In this document: positions 63,989 to 64,000 of the stretch, in pieces
How positions within the stretch are numbered: the stretch's first letter is position 1
How the letters are laid out: each line of letters begins with the position of its first letter
From: Octopus bimaculoides
Lineage: Eukaryota
Direction: 5' to 3'
DNA: 64,000 nucleotides
Assembly: GCF_001194135.2 (NCBI RefSeq)
Contig: NC_068990.1
Span: 18,875,304 to 18,939,303 of the forward strand
Translations under genes and position numbers: made by a program
The notes under the pieces: model-generated
Databases searched by the model: none
What the model was told of the DNA's origin: nothing
What the model saw: the letters and a program-made list of their open reading frames with translations, nothing else

Positions 63989-64000
63989 TTTGTTTCCTTC

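Overview
AT-rich eukaryotic (metazoan) genomic DNA from a gapped short-read-style assembly, with 13 N-gaps. The SINE families and the extreme microsatellite load point to a cephalopod, most likely Octopus (inference). No intact protein-coding gene, rRNA, true tRNA or CRISPR array is supportable, and nearly all ORFs in the supplied track are microsatellite or gap artefacts. The window is intronic or intergenic DNA filled with transposon debris: about 25 tRNA-derived SINE copies or fragments from at least three modular families (CORE-like, Meta/MESC-like, and a third head carrying interchangeable bodies and tails); three mariner elements (one near full length, D,D34D, 43494-44692); a Tc1/mariner-type MITE; a pogo/Tigger relic; two R4/Dong LINEs stacked in a (TAA)n tract; a CR1-group LINE 3' end; a LINE ORF1 relic; and two Helitron-like 3' ends. 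The most interesting observations are: (1) a near-canonical minimal type I hammerhead ribozyme on the minus strand at 63944-63988, behind a CORE-SINE head; (2) a LINE 3' tail that matches the CORE-SINE tail, identifying a probable partner LINE; (3) a heterodimeric SINE inside one 12-bp target-site duplication; (4) a degraded frame with a TnpB/Fanzor RuvC-I-like motif, which has competing explanations; and (5) a few unconfirmed exon candidates. All protein-family calls are by eye from manual translation, and no database search was run.
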